Shown here in pieces: positions 61,221 to 64,000 of a stretch of DNA of 64,000 nucleotides (positions within the stretch are counted from its first letter, which is position 1; every line of letters starts with the position of its first letter). The position numbers were made by a program, and so were the translations under genes. This DNA is from Nitrosopumilaceae archaeon (GTDB taxonomy: Archaea; Thermoproteota; Nitrososphaeria; Nitrososphaerales; Nitrosopumilaceae). The stretch is from contig CBDCCK010000002.1 of NCBI GenBank assembly GCA_965214835.1, forward strand, positions 576,001 through 640,000, in the 5' to 3' direction. The notes under the pieces were generated by a model. It saw only the letters and a program-made list of their open reading frames with translations, made no database searches and was not told where the DNA came from.

Positions 61221-62655
61221 GTAACAGCTCGGCCTTGGGAAGCTGTTCCTGATTCCAGGCACGAATCTGTCTGATCGGGCTCCGGAAGCTGGATTTTGGC
61301 ACAATCTACCGTGTTTTTTGGGATCCTTTTGAGGCGCTTTGTATACCGGATGCAGTCCCTGTCCGTGTACGCGGCCGAGGCAAGCTTGTGTATGCGGTAC
61401 TTGAGGCACTGCACCTCCTCCGGCGTGGCCTTGCCAATCCCTATGGCGTCCTTTAGGATGCCGCGCAGCCTGTAAAACAGCGTGCCGTACTCGGCGCCGG
61501 GGTTCTTCTCCAGCGTCAGGTACATGTCCCGAAAGTAGTGCAGGAGGCACTTTTGGTGCTTGCCGCCGATGCGGTTCCACGCAGAGTACGAGTCCGATAA
61601 CACGATGCCGTCAAAGGCTGCCATCAGGGAATCTATGACGTCGCCTGAGCTGGACGGCGCTATGTGGTAGAACACCGAGAACTTGGTCACAAGCACCCAG
61701 ACCCAGTGGCCCATCCCGTTGAGAAACCAGCCCGTCTCGTTGCCTCCTACGGATTCGGAATGCCGTATTCCCTCCAGAATGCCGTCATATACAGGCATCA
61801 TCCTAGTCGTCGATACATCACACAGGTGGATCAGGGTGGATATTGGTATGTGTGCGCCGTGAAGCGTGTGCAGTATGATCTGGATCTTTTCAAAGGATAT
61901 ACACATGCAGTGAAGAAACACGATTATCCCGGTGACGCGCGTGCCGTAATGCTCCCCAGGCAGCACGCCGGGCACGGGGGCGGCGCGCTTTTTCTTGCAT
62001 GACTTGCAGTAGCGCTTTGACGTCCCACTCCGTCTCGGTCCACTTGCCGTCGACCAGATCCTTGGACTTTCTTGTGTATCTTTCGCACCAGTCAGAGAGC
62101 TTGTCGCCGCAGTCGTGGCAGAACTCGGCGTCTGCCGTGCATGTGCGGGTGACTGCCTTGGTCTCTGGCTTCTTTTTTGGGGCCGCCTTTTCGGGGTGCG
62201 GAAAGTCGTGGAACTTGCGCACGTTATAGCCGCGCGAGTTCGGCTCTTTACGGATCTCCTTTGGAACGGAACCCTCCGCCGGCCCGGATCCGGATGCCGG
62301 TATCTGCTGGCCGAGCAGTGCCCTTAACTGCTCGATTTCCTTTTGCTGCTGTTGGATCACTTTCTGCTACTGTTGGTGTTCGCCTTGCAGCTGCTGGTTG
62401 TCTTTTTGCAGCTGCTGGTTGTCTTTTTCAACACTCTCTATCCTTGTCTTCATGTGCTCAAACAGGCGGATCACGTCGGGAATTCTCCAGTCCACGTCTG
62501 TAATGTCAGGATCCCCAACCAATACCCGGAAGGCAGATCTTGGGATCTTTATGTGTTGTGATTCTTCCAGATCTTCCTGCTAGCCGGGGGTGCTGCCCAA
62601 GGGGGCCTCAAGATGGCAAATCTCACGCCTGAACTTCCCAAGCCCGAGCTGTTAC
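61221..62655 (-). mobile_element. Defective IS66 element with family-A TIRs (parent type of MITE A)
   Basis: gtaacagctcggccttgggaag / cttcccaagcccgagctgttac; NETGW, SDSY, QKCLLH; stops and frameshifts, C-terminus deleted. Confidence 0.88.
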
Positions 62656-62719
62656 TCATTCAGGTCGATTACACAAAGTCGAATGTCAAAGTGTGATAGT
62701 TGTGCGTGCCGCAACCGTG

Positions 62720-63175
62720 CTAAAAGTCATGGTTTTTGAACTGATAATCCATTAATGTTACATTGTTTTCGTCAGGGTGATGTTTGAAGTATAATTTACA
62801 GGCTCCATTGTATGTAAAATAGACATTATCACCGATCACTTCACATGTTGATATGCTTTCCATGGATTCAATATCGGCGGCATTACGAATCTTATTCACA
62901 CAAAGCAATAGTATGTGGTCACGTCCCCTTGCTATAGTGACGATTGAAAGTCTTTGATCGTCAAAAGGCGCATTCCTGCGTGACTTACACCCACATGTGC
63001 TCAAAAACTTTTAATCGTCACCATAGCTAGGCACGAGAATCACAATCATTCATGCTAATTCATGCCTAACTGATGATGGTAGGTGACCTCGTACAAGCAA
63101 TACTATTGCACCACGAGTGTATGGTTCGTTGTCAAGCTTGGTAATGAACTCTGGCAGCTCGTCTCTGAGATCCAA
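62720..63175 (-). pseudogene. RelE/ParE-like small protein interrupted by nested MITEs
   Basis: Excision gives MDLRDELPEF..GAIVLLCVNKIR..CKLYFKHHPDENNVTLMDY.. Confidence 0.6.
62911..63094. mobile_element. MITE family D carrying a nested TA-flanked MITE (62935..63023)
   Basis: Outer 8-bp TSD AAGCAATA; inner TIR tagtgacgattgaaag / cttttaatcgtcacca with TA duplication. Confidence 0.92.
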
Positions 63176-63191
63176 CTGAAAACGAAATCCT

Positions 63192-63350
63192 TTACTTTAG
63201 TTTTGCTTCGTTTCGTTGTTCCAATTCTTCATATGAGGTTGGAGAACCATTGTCTAGTTGACTGAGAGCTTTTTGGATAAAATCAGTATCAGCTTGTGAC
63301 CAGTTTGTTTCATCCTTTGTCCAAAGGCCGCAGGCAGGGTTGTTTGACAT
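63192..63350 (-). CDS. Small protein, possible antitoxin
   Basis: IQKALSQLDNGSPTSYEEL resembles antitoxin C-termini; TTATAAA upstream. Confidence 0.5.
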   Translation of the reverse strand: MSNNPACGLWTKDETNWSQADTDFIQKALSQLDNGSPTSYEELEQRNEAKLK

Positions 63351-63538
63351 ATGTTGACGATGCTTAGGTTGTTTATAATTGTTCAAAGATTGTGGGGCCA
63401 TCGTTTTTTGTAAGCGATTCTGGTATAAAGCAACCAGCTTTGCTTTTTCAAACTATTGATAACCAATATTTCCACTCCACGCACATACTATAGCAACGAG
63501 CAGAAGTCTTTGAGCCAAAACAGGGTTCATTCGAAGAG

Positions 63539-63906
63539 TACAGTGATCGCGCAACCGGCGCAGCGGGCATGACAAAAGAAGCAGGCGGCCTGTCGGAGGC
63601 CATGCACAAGGAAAAGGATGTCAAAGTCTGCAAAAGGATCATGGTGCCGATGTTTGTGCCAGAGGACGATATAGGCGTGCCCGAGACTGCAAGGGTTCCG
63701 GTGCGGTGAGAATTCCGTGCGCAGCTGACCGGCGAGGTTCTCGGAGGAAGGCATAGACGGCCTCCGGGATCTTCCCCGTTCTGGATGCAGGCCAGAGGCG
63801 GACGGAAAAAGGGTTGCCGCCATAATGGACTTGTCCATTGCACGCAGCAGTACCGGCGTCACGACGGTGCGCGATGACGCAGGGGATGCCACCAGGACAG
63901 AATACG
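63539..63906 (+). pseudogene. Degraded IS630-type transposase N-terminus
   Basis: KEKDVKV.KRI ... RFSEEGIDGLRDLPRSG HTH motif. Confidence 0.7.
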
Positions 63907-63950
63907 GAGGTTGTCGCCTAATTCATCAGAATTCCTGAAAACTATTGGTA
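63907..63950. mobile_element. Family C terminal repeat (partial)
   Basis: gaggttgtcgcctaattc..agaattcc.gaaaac. Confidence 0.65.
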
Positions 63951-64000
63951 TGAGACGTTATATCAAATCTTATCTGTAGCTAGTTTGTTGAACACATGAT

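Overview
Archaeal chromosomal DNA, by gene content a thaumarchaeote (Nitrososphaerota, Nitrosopumilaceae-like): Taw1, Kae1/Bud32, TgtA, a Rieske-cytochrome b-blue copper complex III, an S8 peptidase, a large S-layer protein, and tRNA-His and tRNA-Arg. Three thrombospondin type-3 repeat genes sit at the start. The window is crowded with mobile DNA: one apparently intact IS66, several broken IS66/IS630/IS5/IS481 elements, and at least five MITE families, some with perfect target-site duplications and matching parent IS ends. This load suggests a host-associated lineage (inference). The most interesting items are a DUF3800 gene followed by a nested-stem putative ncRNA, an AT-rich two-gene operon with a PD-(D/E)XK-like nuclease, a tandemly duplicated module with a SAM-lyase/DUF3293-like protein, and an imported bacterial-type TIM with non-canonical motifs. 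A decaying accessory/defence island runs from about 51 to 64 kb, and several of its genes can be rebuilt by excising MITEs. Family assignments come from motifs recognised by eye; no searches were run.
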